A stretch of DNA of 37,609 nt from Christensenellaceae bacterium (GTDB lineage Bacteria; Bacillota; Clostridia; Christensenellales; Borkfalkiaceae): positions 1-37,609 of the forward strand of contig JAZSBA010000005.1 of assembly GCA_045602125.1 (NCBI GenBank). The letters are read 5' to 3'. The position numbers and the translations under genes are program-made. Positions 15,888 through 24,149 of the stretch are shown here, one piece after another. Position 1 is the first letter of the stretch. The number at the start of each line of letters is the position of its first letter. Below the pieces are notes generated by a model. It worked only from the letters and a program-made list of their open reading frames with translations, had not been told where the DNA came from and made no database searches.

Positions 15888-17273
15888 ATGCATTATTTAG
15901 CAGTTGATATTGGCGCGTCAAGCGGAAGGCATATCCTTGGCGAATACAGTAACGGCAAACTTACTTTAAAGGAAATTTATAGATTTTCAAACGGTTTTGA
16001 AAAGAAAGACGGTAAGCTCGTTTGGAACACCGAAGAACTTTTCAAAAATATCGTAGCAGGTATTAAAGAGTGTGGTAAACTCGGCGTCGTTCCCTATTCA
16101 GTTGGTATTGATACTTGGGGTGTTGACTATGCGCTTTTAGATAAAGACGGTAACTTAATAGATGAAGTTTACTCTTATCGTGACGATAGAACGGCTAAAT
16201 CTATGCTTGAAGTAGATAAAGTCGTTCCTTTTGAAAAGACTTATGAAATAACTGGTATTCAACGCGCGCAATACAATACTATTTATCAACTTTACGCCGA
16301 TAAAATGAGTGGGAAACTCGATAAAGCAGAAACTATGCTTTCAATTCCCGACTATCTTCACTATTTACTTTCGGGCGTTAAAAAGAACGAGTACACTCAC
16401 GCGTCAACCTCAGGTCTTTTAGACGCTAAAACGGGTGATTGGTCTTATGAACTTATCGATAAACTCGGTTATCCGAGAAAGATTTTTGGTAAACTCTATA
16501 AGCCGGGCGAAGTAGTTGGCAACTTAAAAGAAGAAATTGCTAAAGAAGTTGGCTTTAACACTAAAGTAGTATTCCCGCCGTCACACGATACGGCAAGCGC
16601 CGTTGTTGCAGTTCCTGCAATAGAAGGTCAACCGTTATACATATCTAGCGGTACTTGGTCACTTCTCGGCACGGAACTTGACGCTCCTATCACTAACAAG
16701 CAAGCCTTTGAATTTAACGCAACTAACGAAGGCGGTTACGCTGGCACTATTAGATTTTTAAGAAACATCACGGGTATGTGGACTATTCAAAGCGTTAAGA
16801 GAGAACTTAACGGCAAGTATAGTTACGACGATCTTATGAATTTAGCAATCGAGTGCAAGTCAACCGGCTCTATTATCGACCTTAACGACGATAGGTTCTT
16901 AGCGCCAGACAGTATGATTGAAGCAATCAAAGGTTACTGCGCCGAAAAGGGTTTAGTAGTTCCTCAAACTATCGGCGAGATAATGGACGTTATTTATAGA
17001 AGTTTAGCAACTATTTATAGAGATACGATAGTTATGACTGAAAAAGTAACCGGGAAGACCTTCGACGTATTAAATATCGTTGGCGGTGGCAGTAAAGACG
17101 GTTACCTTAATAAACTCACTAAAGAATACATTGGAAAGAAAGTTATGGCAGGTCCAACCGAAGGAACGGCAGTTGGCAACCTTTTAGTTCAAGCAATATC
17201 TTCAGGTGAAATTAAAGACCTTAAAGAGGCAAGAATAGTAGTTAAAAACTCGTTTGAAGTTGTTGAAGTGTAA
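15888..17273 (+). CDS. rhaB: FGGY-family carbohydrate kinase, rhamnulokinase-like
   Basis: The N-terminus MHYLAVDIGASSGRHILG and the DTWGVDY motif are typical of RhaB. The ATG at 15888 is preceded by AAAGGAG. The tracked start at 15822 coincides with the promoter -35. No rhaA or rhaD is nearby, so the substrate is uncertain. Confidence 0.7.
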   Translation: MHYLAVDIGASSGRHILGEYSNGKLTLKEIYRFSNGFEKKDGKLVWNTEELFKNIVAGIKECGKLGVVPYSVGIDTWGVDYALLDKDGNLIDEVYSYRDDRTAKSMLEVDKVVPFEKTYEITGIQRAQYNTIYQLYADKMSGKLDKAETMLSIPDYLHYLLSGVKKNEYTHASTSGLLDAKTGDWSYELIDKLGYPRKIFGKLYKPGEVVGNLKEEIAKEVGFNTKVVFPPSHDTASAVVAVPAIEGQPLYISSGTWSLLGTELDAPITNKQAFEFNATNEGGYAGTIRFLRNITGMWTIQSVKRELNGKYSYDDLMNLAIECKSTGSIIDLNDDRFLAPDSMIEAIKGYCAEKGLVVPQTIGEIMDVIYRSLATIYRDTIVMTEKVTGKTFDVLNIVGGGSKDGYLNKLTKEYIGKKVMAGPTEGTAVGNLLVQAISSGEIKDLKEARIVVKNSFEVVEV

Positions 17274-17299
17274 AGATTTCGTCTCAACCTAAAAAGTAA

Positions 17300-17337
17300 A
17301 AAAATAATGCTCGGCTATATAGCCGAGCATTTGTTTA
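17300..17337. terminator. bidirectional intrinsic terminator
   Basis: An A-run is followed by stem ATGCTCGGCT (17307-17316), loop ATAT, stem AGCCGAGCAT (17321-17330) and TTGTTT. Confidence 0.8.
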
Positions 17338-18150
17338 TCTATTAGACGAGCGGATTTTTTGTTCGCTCTTTCTCTTTATTATTTCTTTAATTTTTTCAAC
17401 GTTTTCAATTCCCGCTTTATAGCCTTCGTCAAAAGCAAATTGCATATTTTCAACTTTAAACTGGCTCATATCTTTGAGTTTGGGGCAAATTAAAAGGTCA
17501 TGCCTGTACGCTTTTAACTGGCGGTTTCTAAGAAAATAACTGTTAGCGTCAACCGTTCTTAAAACGTGGGTGAGTAGTCCCTTCTTTCTATCAAACGGTG
17601 GAAGAGGACCTAAAACGTCGACTACGATAATAACGTCGGCGTTAAAATCTTTAACGCAAATTAAGGGTAGTGGCATAAAAACGCCACCGTCAACGAGTAG
17701 TTTATCGCCAATCTCTACCGGGCGGAAGATTGCTGGAATTGCAGAACTTGCCCTTATGGCTTCTGCAACGCTACCGGTTCTTAAAATCTCAACTTTACCG
17801 GTTATAATATCCGCGCCTATGCACTCAAACGGAATTGAAAGCTCGTCAAAAGTAGTTTCGCCAACAACTTGTTCAAGTTTTTTGCGAAGCTTATTTGAAC
17901 TCATAATACTAGTTTTATTAAAAGGAAATAAAGACGCGTCCGCTAAATCGGACATTTTCATAGAATTAACTATTTTCATCATCTCGTCGGGAGTTATTCC
18001 TTTAGAGTAACAAGCCCCAACGATTGAGCCCATAGAACAACCCGAGATAAAGTCGGGCTTAATTCCATGCTCGTCCATAGCCTTTAAAAAGCCGATATGC
18101 GCAACACCGCGCGCGCCACCCGCGCCTAAAACAAAACATACTTTTGCCAT
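17335..18150 (-). CDS. patatin-like phospholipase
   Basis: It carries GAGGARG (oxyanion hole), GCSMGS (GxSxG) and DGG motifs. I place the start at MAKVCFVLG (18150) with an AGGTG RBS. The tracked 18207 start runs into the pck terminator. Confidence 0.85.
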   Translation of the reverse strand: MAKVCFVLGAGGARGVAHIGFLKAMDEHGIKPDFISGCSMGSIVGACYSKGITPDEMMKIVNSMKMSDLADASLFPFNKTSIMSSNKLRKKLEQVVGETTFDELSIPFECIGADIITGKVEILRTGSVAEAIRASSAIPAIFRPVEIGDKLLVDGGVFMPLPLICVKDFNADVIIVVDVLGPLPPFDRKKGLLTHVLRTVDANSYFLRNRQLKAYRHDLLICPKLKDMSQFKVENMQFAFDEGYKAGIENVEKIKEIIKRKSEQKIRSSNR

Positions 18151-18193
18151 AATACACCTATATTTATTACCTATTTGCAATAAATTTATGCAT

Positions 18194-18222
18194 AAAAGCC
18201 GTCGCATTTTGCGACGGCTTTT
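18194..18222 (-). terminator. intrinsic terminator downstream of the PEPCK gene
   Basis: Stem AGCCGTCGC (18197-18205) pairs with GCGACGGCT (18211-18219). The U-tail on the minus strand is short. Confidence 0.65.
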
Positions 18223-18240
18223 GCTTTTGTTTAAGAAATA

Positions 18241-20058
18241 TTATTTAGAAAGTCTAGCCTCTAACGCTTCAAGTTCTTTAGCGAGTTCAGCAGGAAGCTT
18301 GTCGCCAAATTGAGCGTAGAATTCTTTAATACTCTTAACTTCTTCAAGCCAAGTAGCCTTGTCAACAGTTAAGAGTTCTTTAACTGTATCTAAATCAATG
18401 TCAAGACCTTCAATGTTAATGTCTTCAGCGTTAGGAAGGTAACCGATAGCAACTTCGTTAGCGCCAACTTCGCCTTTGCATCTCTTGATAATCCATTCAA
18501 GAACGCGGAGGTTATCACCGAAGCCCGGCCAAATGAAGTTACCTTCATCGTCAGTTCTGAACCAGTTAACGTTGAAGATTTTTGGTTGGTTGCCAATCTT
18601 CTTACCCATTGAAATCCAATGAGCGAAGTAATCAGCCATATTGTAACCAACGAAAGGTCTCATAGCCATAGGATCACGTCTTACAACGCCTACCGCACCC
18701 GTCGCAGCCGCAGTAGTTTCAGAAGCCATAATAGAACCTACGAATACACCGCTGTTCCAATCTCTTGATTGATATACGAGCGGAGCAGTTTTAGCACGTC
18801 TACCACCGAATACGATAGCAGTTACAGGAACGCCTTCAGGTGCTTCAAATTCAGAAGAAATGCACGGGCAGTTAACTGCAGGAGCGGTGAAACGGCTGTT
18901 AGGATGAGCAGCCTTAACTTCTTTACCGTCTTTGTCAACGGTTTCAGGAGTCCAAGGATTACCCTTCCAGTCAATAAGTTTAGCAGGTTTTTTCTTATCA
19001 GCAGTGTCTTTTTCCATTGCTTCCCACCAAACTGTGTTAGTTTCAGGATCTAACGCTACGTTTGTGAAGATTGTGTTCTTCATAGTAGAGTATAAAGCGT
19101 TGGGGTTAGACTTCTTGTTAGTACCAGGAGCAACGCCGAAGAAACCGTTTTCAGGGTTGATTGCCCAAAGTCTACCGTCTTTACCAACACGGAGCCAAGC
19201 GATATCGTCGCCTACGCACCATACTTTGTAACCCTTCTTAGCGTAAATTTCAGGAGGTATAAGCATTGCAAGGTTGGTCTTACCGCAAGCAGATGGGAAC
19301 GCAGCAGTAATGTAGTTAATTTCGCCTTGAGGATTTTGAATACCTACGATAAGCATGTGTTCAGCCATCCAGCCTTCGTTCTTACCTTGGTAAGATGCGA
19401 TACGGAGAGCGAAACATTTTTTACCGAGTAATACGTTACCGCCGTAACCAGAGTTAACAGACCAAATAGTATTGTCTTGAGGGAAGTGGAGAATATATCT
19501 CTTTTCAGGGTCAAGATCAGCTTTAGCGTGAAGACCGCGAACGAAATCGTTGCTGTCGCCTAAAACTTTTAATACGTCTAAACCAATTCTAGTCATAATC
19601 TTCATTGAAACTACAACGTAGATAGAATCGGTAACTTCTATACCAACTTTACTGAAAGTTGAACCAACTGCGCCCATTGAATATGGGATAACGTACATTG
19701 TTCTACCTTTCATAGCGCCGTCGAAAATCTTACCAACTTTGTCGTAAGCTTCTTGAGGATCCATCCAGTTGTTGATAGGACCAGCGTCTTCTTGCTTATC
19801 ACAGCAAATAAAGGTTCTGCCTTCTACACGTGCTACGTCGTTAGGATCAGAACGGTGAAGGTAACAACCGGGGAGCTTTTCTTCGTTGAGTTTGATAAGT
19901 TCGCCAGTCTTTAAGGCTTCTTGTCTTAAACCTTCAAGTTGAGCTTCATCGCCGGTAATCCACACGACTTTGTCTGGTTTACAGAGATTAGCACTATCTT
20001 CAACGAACTTTAATACTTGTTTGTTATTCGTGAATTCGTTAGTGATTTGGTAATTCAT
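18241..20058 (-). CDS. pckG: phosphoenolpyruvate carboxykinase (GTP)
   Basis: 605 aa with the length and motifs of GTP-PEPCK (FPSACGKTN kinase-1a loop, GDDIAW, WMAEHMLI). A GGAGG RBS is present. Confidence 0.93.
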   Translation of the reverse strand: MNYQITNEFTNNKQVLKFVEDSANLCKPDKVVWITGDEAQLEGLRQEALKTGELIKLNEEKLPGCYLHRSDPNDVARVEGRTFICCDKQEDAGPINNWMDPQEAYDKVGKIFDGAMKGRTMYVIPYSMGAVGSTFSKVGIEVTDSIYVVVSMKIMTRIGLDVLKVLGDSNDFVRGLHAKADLDPEKRYILHFPQDNTIWSVNSGYGGNVLLGKKCFALRIASYQGKNEGWMAEHMLIVGIQNPQGEINYITAAFPSACGKTNLAMLIPPEIYAKKGYKVWCVGDDIAWLRVGKDGRLWAINPENGFFGVAPGTNKKSNPNALYSTMKNTIFTNVALDPETNTVWWEAMEKDTADKKKPAKLIDWKGNPWTPETVDKDGKEVKAAHPNSRFTAPAVNCPCISSEFEAPEGVPVTAIVFGGRRAKTAPLVYQSRDWNSGVFVGSIMASETTAAATGAVGVVRRDPMAMRPFVGYNMADYFAHWISMGKKIGNQPKIFNVNWFRTDDEGNFIWPGFGDNLRVLEWIIKRCKGEVGANEVAIGYLPNAEDINIEGLDIDLDTVKELLTVDKATWLEEVKSIKEFYAQFGDKLPAELAKELEALEARLSK

Positions 20059-20098
20059 ATATAAAATGCCTCCATTAAAATATCTTTATAAGTAGTAA

Positions 20099-20128
20099 TT
20101 TTACGTTTACATTAATGTAAACGCAAAA
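20099..20128. promoter_or_regulatory. 30-bp near-perfect palindrome in the pck leader/promoter region
   Basis: TTTTACGTTTACA-TTAA-TGTAAACGCAAAA. The core CGTTTACATTAATGTAAACG (20104-20123) is a perfect 20-bp palindrome. It lies about 45 nt upstream of the pck start codon. Confidence 0.6.
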
Positions 20129-20141
20129 AATCACCATATTC

Positions 20142-20170
20142 ATTTTATCATAAGCATAGTAAAAAGTAAA
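20142..20170 (-). promoter_or_regulatory. candidate sigma-A promoter for pck (extended -10)
   Basis: The minus strand reads TTTACT (20170-20165), a 17-nt spacer, then TGATAAAAT (-10 at 20147-20142). The -35 is weak. Confidence 0.4.
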
Positions 20171-20277
20171 CAGTTTTTTTAAAATTTTACCTAATTTACA
20201 AAATATGTATCTATTTTTCAAAAATCGTTATTTTTATAACCGCAAAACAATATATATTATAAGGGAAGATTTATGTT

Positions 20278-21114
20278 ATGAAGGAATTTTTAATCCTTAA
20301 AAAAGTGGGCGCAAGCTCTTTAAACGGCGTTAACTGCGCGGTAAAACTCAATTTTGAAAAGTCGCTTACGATAAGCGGAGAAATTTATGCGGGAGCAAAT
20401 TTTGATAACGAGTTTAAAGTCTATTTAGTTAGCCGTGAAAATTTTGTTGAACTTGCAAGCGGAGTTTTAAAGTTTGAAAGGGAAGTAAGTAGCGAATTTT
20501 TTAGCGGTGGTTACGTTATAGTTTTCGATAAAACGGAAGGCGCAATTTTATACGGAACGTATAAAAACGCTAATTTTTCGCTCCAAGACGCAATAGATAT
20601 AATAACTTCAAAAAAACAAGAGTACAACGACGACGAGATTGCAACCGTCAATTATTACGAAGGGGAGTTTTATGAAACCGAGCGTGTTTATAACCAACTT
20701 GACGGCGGGAATAGTCAAGATAAAGAAAAACCGCAAAAAGAAGAAGCAAGCGATGAGTCTATTTTATATGAAAACGTCGCTAAAACGAGCGAAAGCTTCT
20801 ACGATAGAATTAGAGAAAAACTCCAAGACGTGATTTCTTCTCATAACAAAGACGAAGAGTTATCCAGCGTTATCCCAAGCGGCGAGTTTTGTAAAATTCA
20901 CTACGATAACGATAGATATTATTCAGTAGGTAGGGTTTTTGAAGGGGAAAAAGTAAAATACGTTTGTTACGCAGTTAAAGGCGATTACACAAAAACGCCA
21001 CAAGAACTAAAAAAGTTTTGTAAATTTATCCCCAAATCTCCTTTTTTACCGCTATCTAGCGGATATTACGTAATTTTCCAAGACGCAGTAACAGGGGAGA
21101 TAGTTGAAAATTAA
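20278..21114 (+). CDS. hypothetical protein
   Basis: 278 aa with an AAGGGA RBS. It has an acidic central linker, and the C-terminal block YYSVGRVFEGEKVKYVCYAVKG...GYYVIFQDAVTGEIV looks like a conserved domain that I cannot name. Confidence 0.6.
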   Translation: MKEFLILKKVGASSLNGVNCAVKLNFEKSLTISGEIYAGANFDNEFKVYLVSRENFVELASGVLKFEREVSSEFFSGGYVIVFDKTEGAILYGTYKNANFSLQDAIDIITSKKQEYNDDEIATVNYYEGEFYETERVYNQLDGGNSQDKEKPQKEEASDESILYENVAKTSESFYDRIREKLQDVISSHNKDEELSSVIPSGEFCKIHYDNDRYYSVGRVFEGEKVKYVCYAVKGDYTKTPQELKKFCKFIPKSPFLPLSSGYYVIFQDAVTGEIVEN

Positions 21115-21118
21115 GCAA

Positions 21119-21150
21119 TAAAAAAACACACTCAATCGAGTGTGTTTTTA
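21119..21150. terminator. bidirectional intrinsic terminator
   Basis: AAAAAAA is followed by stem CACACTC (21127-21133), loop AATC, stem GAGTGTG (21138-21144) and TTTTT. Confidence 0.85.
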
Positions 21151-21155
21151 AATTT

Positions 21156-21428
21156 TTACGCTTCGTAAACAGATACTTGTTTGCGACCTTTACCAAGTCT
21201 TTCAAATCTAACAACGCCGTTAGCAGTAGCGAATAAAGTGTAATCTTTACCAACGCCAACGTTCTTGCCAGGATAGAACTTAGTGCCTCTTTGTCTAACA
21301 AGGATTGAACCTGCTAAAACTTTTTGGCCGTCTGAACGCTTAATGCCTAAACGCTTAGCTTCACTATCACGACCGTTTCTTGAACTACCTACACCTTTCT
21401 TATGAGCAAATAATTTAATTAAAAACAT
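21156..21428 (-). CDS. rpmA: 50S ribosomal protein L27 with an N-terminal pro-peptide
   Basis: 90 aa with the L27 core [20 protein letters not shown], preceded by MFLIKLFA (a Firmicutes-type pro-sequence). A strong AAGGAG RBS lies inside the end of rplU. Confidence 0.95.
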   Translation of the reverse strand: MFLIKLFAHKKGVGSSRNGRDSEAKRLGIKRSDGQKVLAGSILVRQRGTKFYPGKNVGVGKDYTLFATANGVVRFERLGKGRKQVSVYEA

Positions 21429-21430
21429 AA

Positions 21431-21742
21431 TTATTCTCCTTTTGCAATATCGGTAATTTTAACAGCCGTAAACGGTTGTCTATGACCTTTCTTGTTTCTG
21501 ATGTTCTTCTTTGACTTATACTTGAAAATGATAATTTTCTTAGCTTTGTCTTGAGCAACGATTTCACCAGTTACTTTGAATGCTTTTGCATCCTTGCCTA
21601 CTTTAACACTTTTTCCGTCGGCAACGAAGATTGCGTTAAGTTCAACGCTTGCGCCAACTTCAGCATCTAACTTTTCAAGTTTAACGATATCGCCTACCGC
21701 AACTTTGTATTGCTTAGAGCCGTTTTCGATAATTGCGTACAT
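21431..21742 (-). CDS. rplU: 50S ribosomal protein L21
   Basis: 103 aa beginning [14 protein letters not shown], with an AGGAGG RBS. The tracked longer ORF (to 21814) runs through the leader. Confidence 0.95.
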   Translation of the reverse strand: MYAIIENGSKQYKVAVGDIVKLEKLDAEVGASVELNAIFVADGKSVKVGKDAKAFKVTGEIVAQDKAKKIIIFKYKSKKNIRNKKGHRQPFTAVKITDIAKGE

Positions 21743-21823
21743 TTTAGTACTCCTCCTGTTTAATCTCGCCGACACAAAGGCGGTAACTATCGTTACTCTT
21801 CCGGAGCCTTTCACGAGCGGTTC
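21743..21823 (-). promoter_or_regulatory. structured 5' leader of rplU, a candidate L21-leader-type ribosomal autoregulatory element
   Basis: The ~80-nt leader can form nested helices: CUCG/CGAG, AAAGGC/GCCUUU and GUAAC-GAUA-GUUAC. Its position matches the Firmicutes L21 leader. It has not been checked against a covariance model. Confidence 0.4.
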
Positions 21824-21829
21824 TTGACT

Positions 21830-21858
21830 ATTTTACATTTTTTTACCGTCTTTGTCAA
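21830..21858 (-). promoter_or_regulatory. sigma-A promoter for rplU-rpmA
   Basis: The minus strand reads TTGACA (21858-21853), a 17-nt spacer, then TAAAAT (21835-21830). Confidence 0.75.
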
Positions 21859-21916
21859 CTAATTTTACATATATTTATATAAATAGCGCACAATAGAAAA
21901 TAAGGAGAATAATTTT

Positions 21917-22351
21917 ATGAAAAACTGCAATAGTGAATTTATTGATGAAGTTTATAGAAACGCAAGCGTTGCGTTACTTTCCATTAAAAACGTAATCGAA
22001 AGCGTAGATAACAACGGTTTGCGTACCGAAATGCGCCAAGAATACGAAGGTTACGATAATTTTATTAGGGAACTTTCTTCCTATATGCGTGACAAAGGCT
22101 ACGCTATAAAAGACGTATCAAAGGCAAAAAAAATGATGATGTGGTCGGCTATTAAAATGAACACGGCGTTTGACGATAGCAAGACGCACATATCCGAAAT
22201 TATGATAAAAGGAACGGTTATGGGTATAACCGAACTTAACAAAATTTTAAACGACAGTTCCTGCGTAACCGATGAAAAAGCCCTAGATTTTGCTAAAAGA
22301 TTGCTTGCTTTAGAAGAGGAGTATGAGCAAAACCTTAAAAGGTTTTTGTAG
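21917..22351 (+). CDS. hypothetical helical protein
   Basis: 144 aa with an AAGGAG RBS. It is predicted to be largely alpha-helical. I recognise no family. Confidence 0.6.
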   Translation: MKNCNSEFIDEVYRNASVALLSIKNVIESVDNNGLRTEMRQEYEGYDNFIRELSSYMRDKGYAIKDVSKAKKMMMWSAIKMNTAFDDSKTHISEIMIKGTVMGITELNKILNDSSCVTDEKALDFAKRLLALEEEYEQNLKRFL

Positions 22352-22361
22352 AACAAAAACA

Positions 22362-22467
22362 GTTATATTTTTAGCCTTCGGCTAAAAGATATATTTTTGC
22401 GTTGCAAAAGATATATTATTCCTAGCGGAATAGATATATTTTCGCTCTGCGAAAGTTGCGGATATAT
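22362..22467 (-). repeat. tandem array of 4 short perfect stem-loops separated by GATATAT spacers (array B, same family as array A in inverse orientation)
   Basis: The spacers are GTTATAT at 22362 and GATATAT at 22388, 22410, 22433 and 22461. The stems are TTTTAGCC/GGCTAAAA, TTTTGC/GCAAAA, TATTCC/GGAATA and TTTCGC/GCGAAA. The reverse complement of the spacer is ATATATC/ATATAAC, as in array A. Confidence 0.85.
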
Positions 22468-22496
22468 TTTTATATAATAGATTTTATCCACTCAAC

Positions 22497-22525
22497 AAAA
22501 AACCCCGATTTTATCGGGGTTTTTG
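22497..22525. terminator. bidirectional intrinsic terminator
   Basis: AAAAAA is followed by stem CCCCGAT (22503-22509), loop TTT, stem ATCGGGG (22513-22519) and TTTTT. Confidence 0.85.
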
Positions 22526-22529
22526 CTTG

Positions 22530-24011
22530 TTAGTTTTTAGGTAATTTTTCTTCGTAAACGGGGGAAGAAGTAAGGATAATTCCAAGTTTTCTAAGCATCT
22601 TAACGTCAATGTGCGGAAGGAGTATCGACGAGTGCATTTGCGCTCCGCGAAGAAGGGGGAGTTTGCTTATTGCAAGGTCTGCGTATTCGTTAGTGTAAGA
22701 CGAAGACGAAAGGGCTATAAGCATTTCGTCAATGTGAAGCCTTGGAGTTAATGAAGACAAATATTTTACTTTAAGTTCGGTTATAGGAACTATTCTTTCG
22801 GGAAGTAAAATCTTCTTGTTATCTGGAATATTCGCTAGATATTTTAAAGCGTTGATAAGCATTGCGCTTTGGCTTTCTAAAAGGTCGCTAGTCTTTCCGG
22901 TAATTATCGTTCCGTCAGGTAATTCAAGCGCAGAGCAAGGAACTTTTTCCTTAGCGTGCTTTTTAACGCAAGCAGTATAAACCGCTCTATCTTCAACGTG
23001 AATATTAAGCCCTTGCATCAAGCGGAAAATCTTTTCAGATTCGTCGTCGTCAAGATTGTTTCTTCTCTCGTTTTCTAACGCCTTGAAGTATCTTCTAATA
23101 ATTTCTTGCTTGGAGGCTTCTTGGCACACTTCGTCGTCACAAATAGCAAAGCCTGCCATATTAACGCCCATATCCGTTGGCGATTTATATGGAGAAGTTC
23201 CCATAAGTTTTTCAAATAAAGTGTTGAGTACTGGGAAAATCTCAACGTCACGATTGTAATTAACCGTAGTTTCGCCGTAGGCTGATAAATGCCAAGGGTC
23301 AATCATATTAACGTCGTTAAGGTCCGCAGTTGCCGATTCGTAAGCAACGTTGACGGGGTGTTTTAAAGGAAGATTCCAAACGGGGAAAGTTTCGTATTTA
23401 GCATACCCCGATTTTATTCCGCGCTTTAAATCGTGATAAATGTTTGATAAGCAAGTTGCCATCTTTCCGCTACCGGGACCGGGCGCGGTTACTACTACTA
23501 AATTTCTCGTAGTTTCAATATAATCGTTCTTGCCGTAGCCTTCGTCGCTTATAATATGCGGAACGTTAGAAGGATAACCGCTAATGAGATAATGGCGGTA
23601 AACTTTAAGCCCCATTTTTTCAAGACGCTTCTTAAAAAGAAGCGCAGGCTCGTTAGTTTTATCGAATCTTGATAAAACTACGCTTTGAATAAACAAGCCG
23701 TAACTTCTAAAAACGCCGATAAGCCTTATAACGTCTTGGTCGTAAGTGATGCCGAGGTCGGCTCTAACTTTGTTCTTTTGAATATCCAAGGAGTTAATAA
23801 CAATAACGATTTCAGCTTGGTCTTTAAGTTTTGCAAGCATCTTGATTTTGCTATCCGGCTCAAAACCCGGTAAAACGCGCGCAGCGTGATTATCGTCGAA
23901 GAGTTTTCCGCCGAATTCAAGATAAAGTTTACCGCCGAATTCGTTAATTCTCTCGGTGATTTTTTCAGACTGCATTTTTAAATACTTTTCACTGTCAAAA
24001 CCGATTTTCAT
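22530..24011 (-). CDS. UPF0371/DUF1846 family protein
   Basis: 493 aa. The N-terminus MKIGFDSEKYLKMQSEKI...KLYLEFGGKLFDDNHAARVLPGFEPDSK is the characteristic UPF0371 start. An AAGGAG RBS is present. Confidence 0.8.
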   Translation of the reverse strand: MKIGFDSEKYLKMQSEKITERINEFGGKLYLEFGGKLFDDNHAARVLPGFEPDSKIKMLAKLKDQAEIVIVINSLDIQKNKVRADLGITYDQDVIRLIGVFRSYGLFIQSVVLSRFDKTNEPALLFKKRLEKMGLKVYRHYLISGYPSNVPHIISDEGYGKNDYIETTRNLVVVTAPGPGSGKMATCLSNIYHDLKRGIKSGYAKYETFPVWNLPLKHPVNVAYESATADLNDVNMIDPWHLSAYGETTVNYNRDVEIFPVLNTLFEKLMGTSPYKSPTDMGVNMAGFAICDDEVCQEASKQEIIRRYFKALENERRNNLDDDESEKIFRLMQGLNIHVEDRAVYTACVKKHAKEKVPCSALELPDGTIITGKTSDLLESQSAMLINALKYLANIPDNKKILLPERIVPITELKVKYLSSLTPRLHIDEMLIALSSSSYTNEYADLAISKLPLLRGAQMHSSILLPHIDVKMLRKLGIILTSSPVYEEKLPKN

Positions 24012-24042
24012 CTTTCGCTACTCCTTTTCAAAATACCACTAT

Positions 24043-24071
24043 ATTGTAACACATCAACTTTATAAAAGCAA
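24043..24071 (-). promoter_or_regulatory. sigma-A promoter for the UPF0371 gene
   Basis: The minus strand reads TTGCTT (24071-24066), a 17-nt spacer, then TGTTACAAT (-10 at 24048-24043). Confidence 0.6.
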
Positions 24072-24088
24072 GAAGTAATCAAATTTAG

Positions 24089-24117
24089 TTTACATTATTT
24101 TTAAAAAAGTATATACT
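24089..24117 (+). promoter_or_regulatory. sigma-A promoter for the mrp-yqeY pair
   Basis: TTTACA (24089-24094), a 17-nt spacer, then TATACT (24112-24117). Confidence 0.6.
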
Positions 24118-24149
24118 TTAATATAGATGAATACAAAGAAGGTGTTTTT

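Noticed and set aside
20104-20128. I considered the pck palindrome as a canonical CcpA cre site.
   Set aside because: The half-sites are arranged TTTACA-TTAA-TGTAAA, the inverse of the cre dyad (TGTAAGCGCTTACA type). TGTAAACGCAAAAA alone misses the 3' cre positions. I kept it only as an unassigned operator or hairpin.
22484-22492. A DnaA-box-like TTATCCACT next to array B raised the possibility of a replication origin.
   Set aside because: It is a single 8/9 match with no cluster of boxes, no AT-rich unwinding element pattern and no dnaA or dnaN nearby. The simplest reading is chance.
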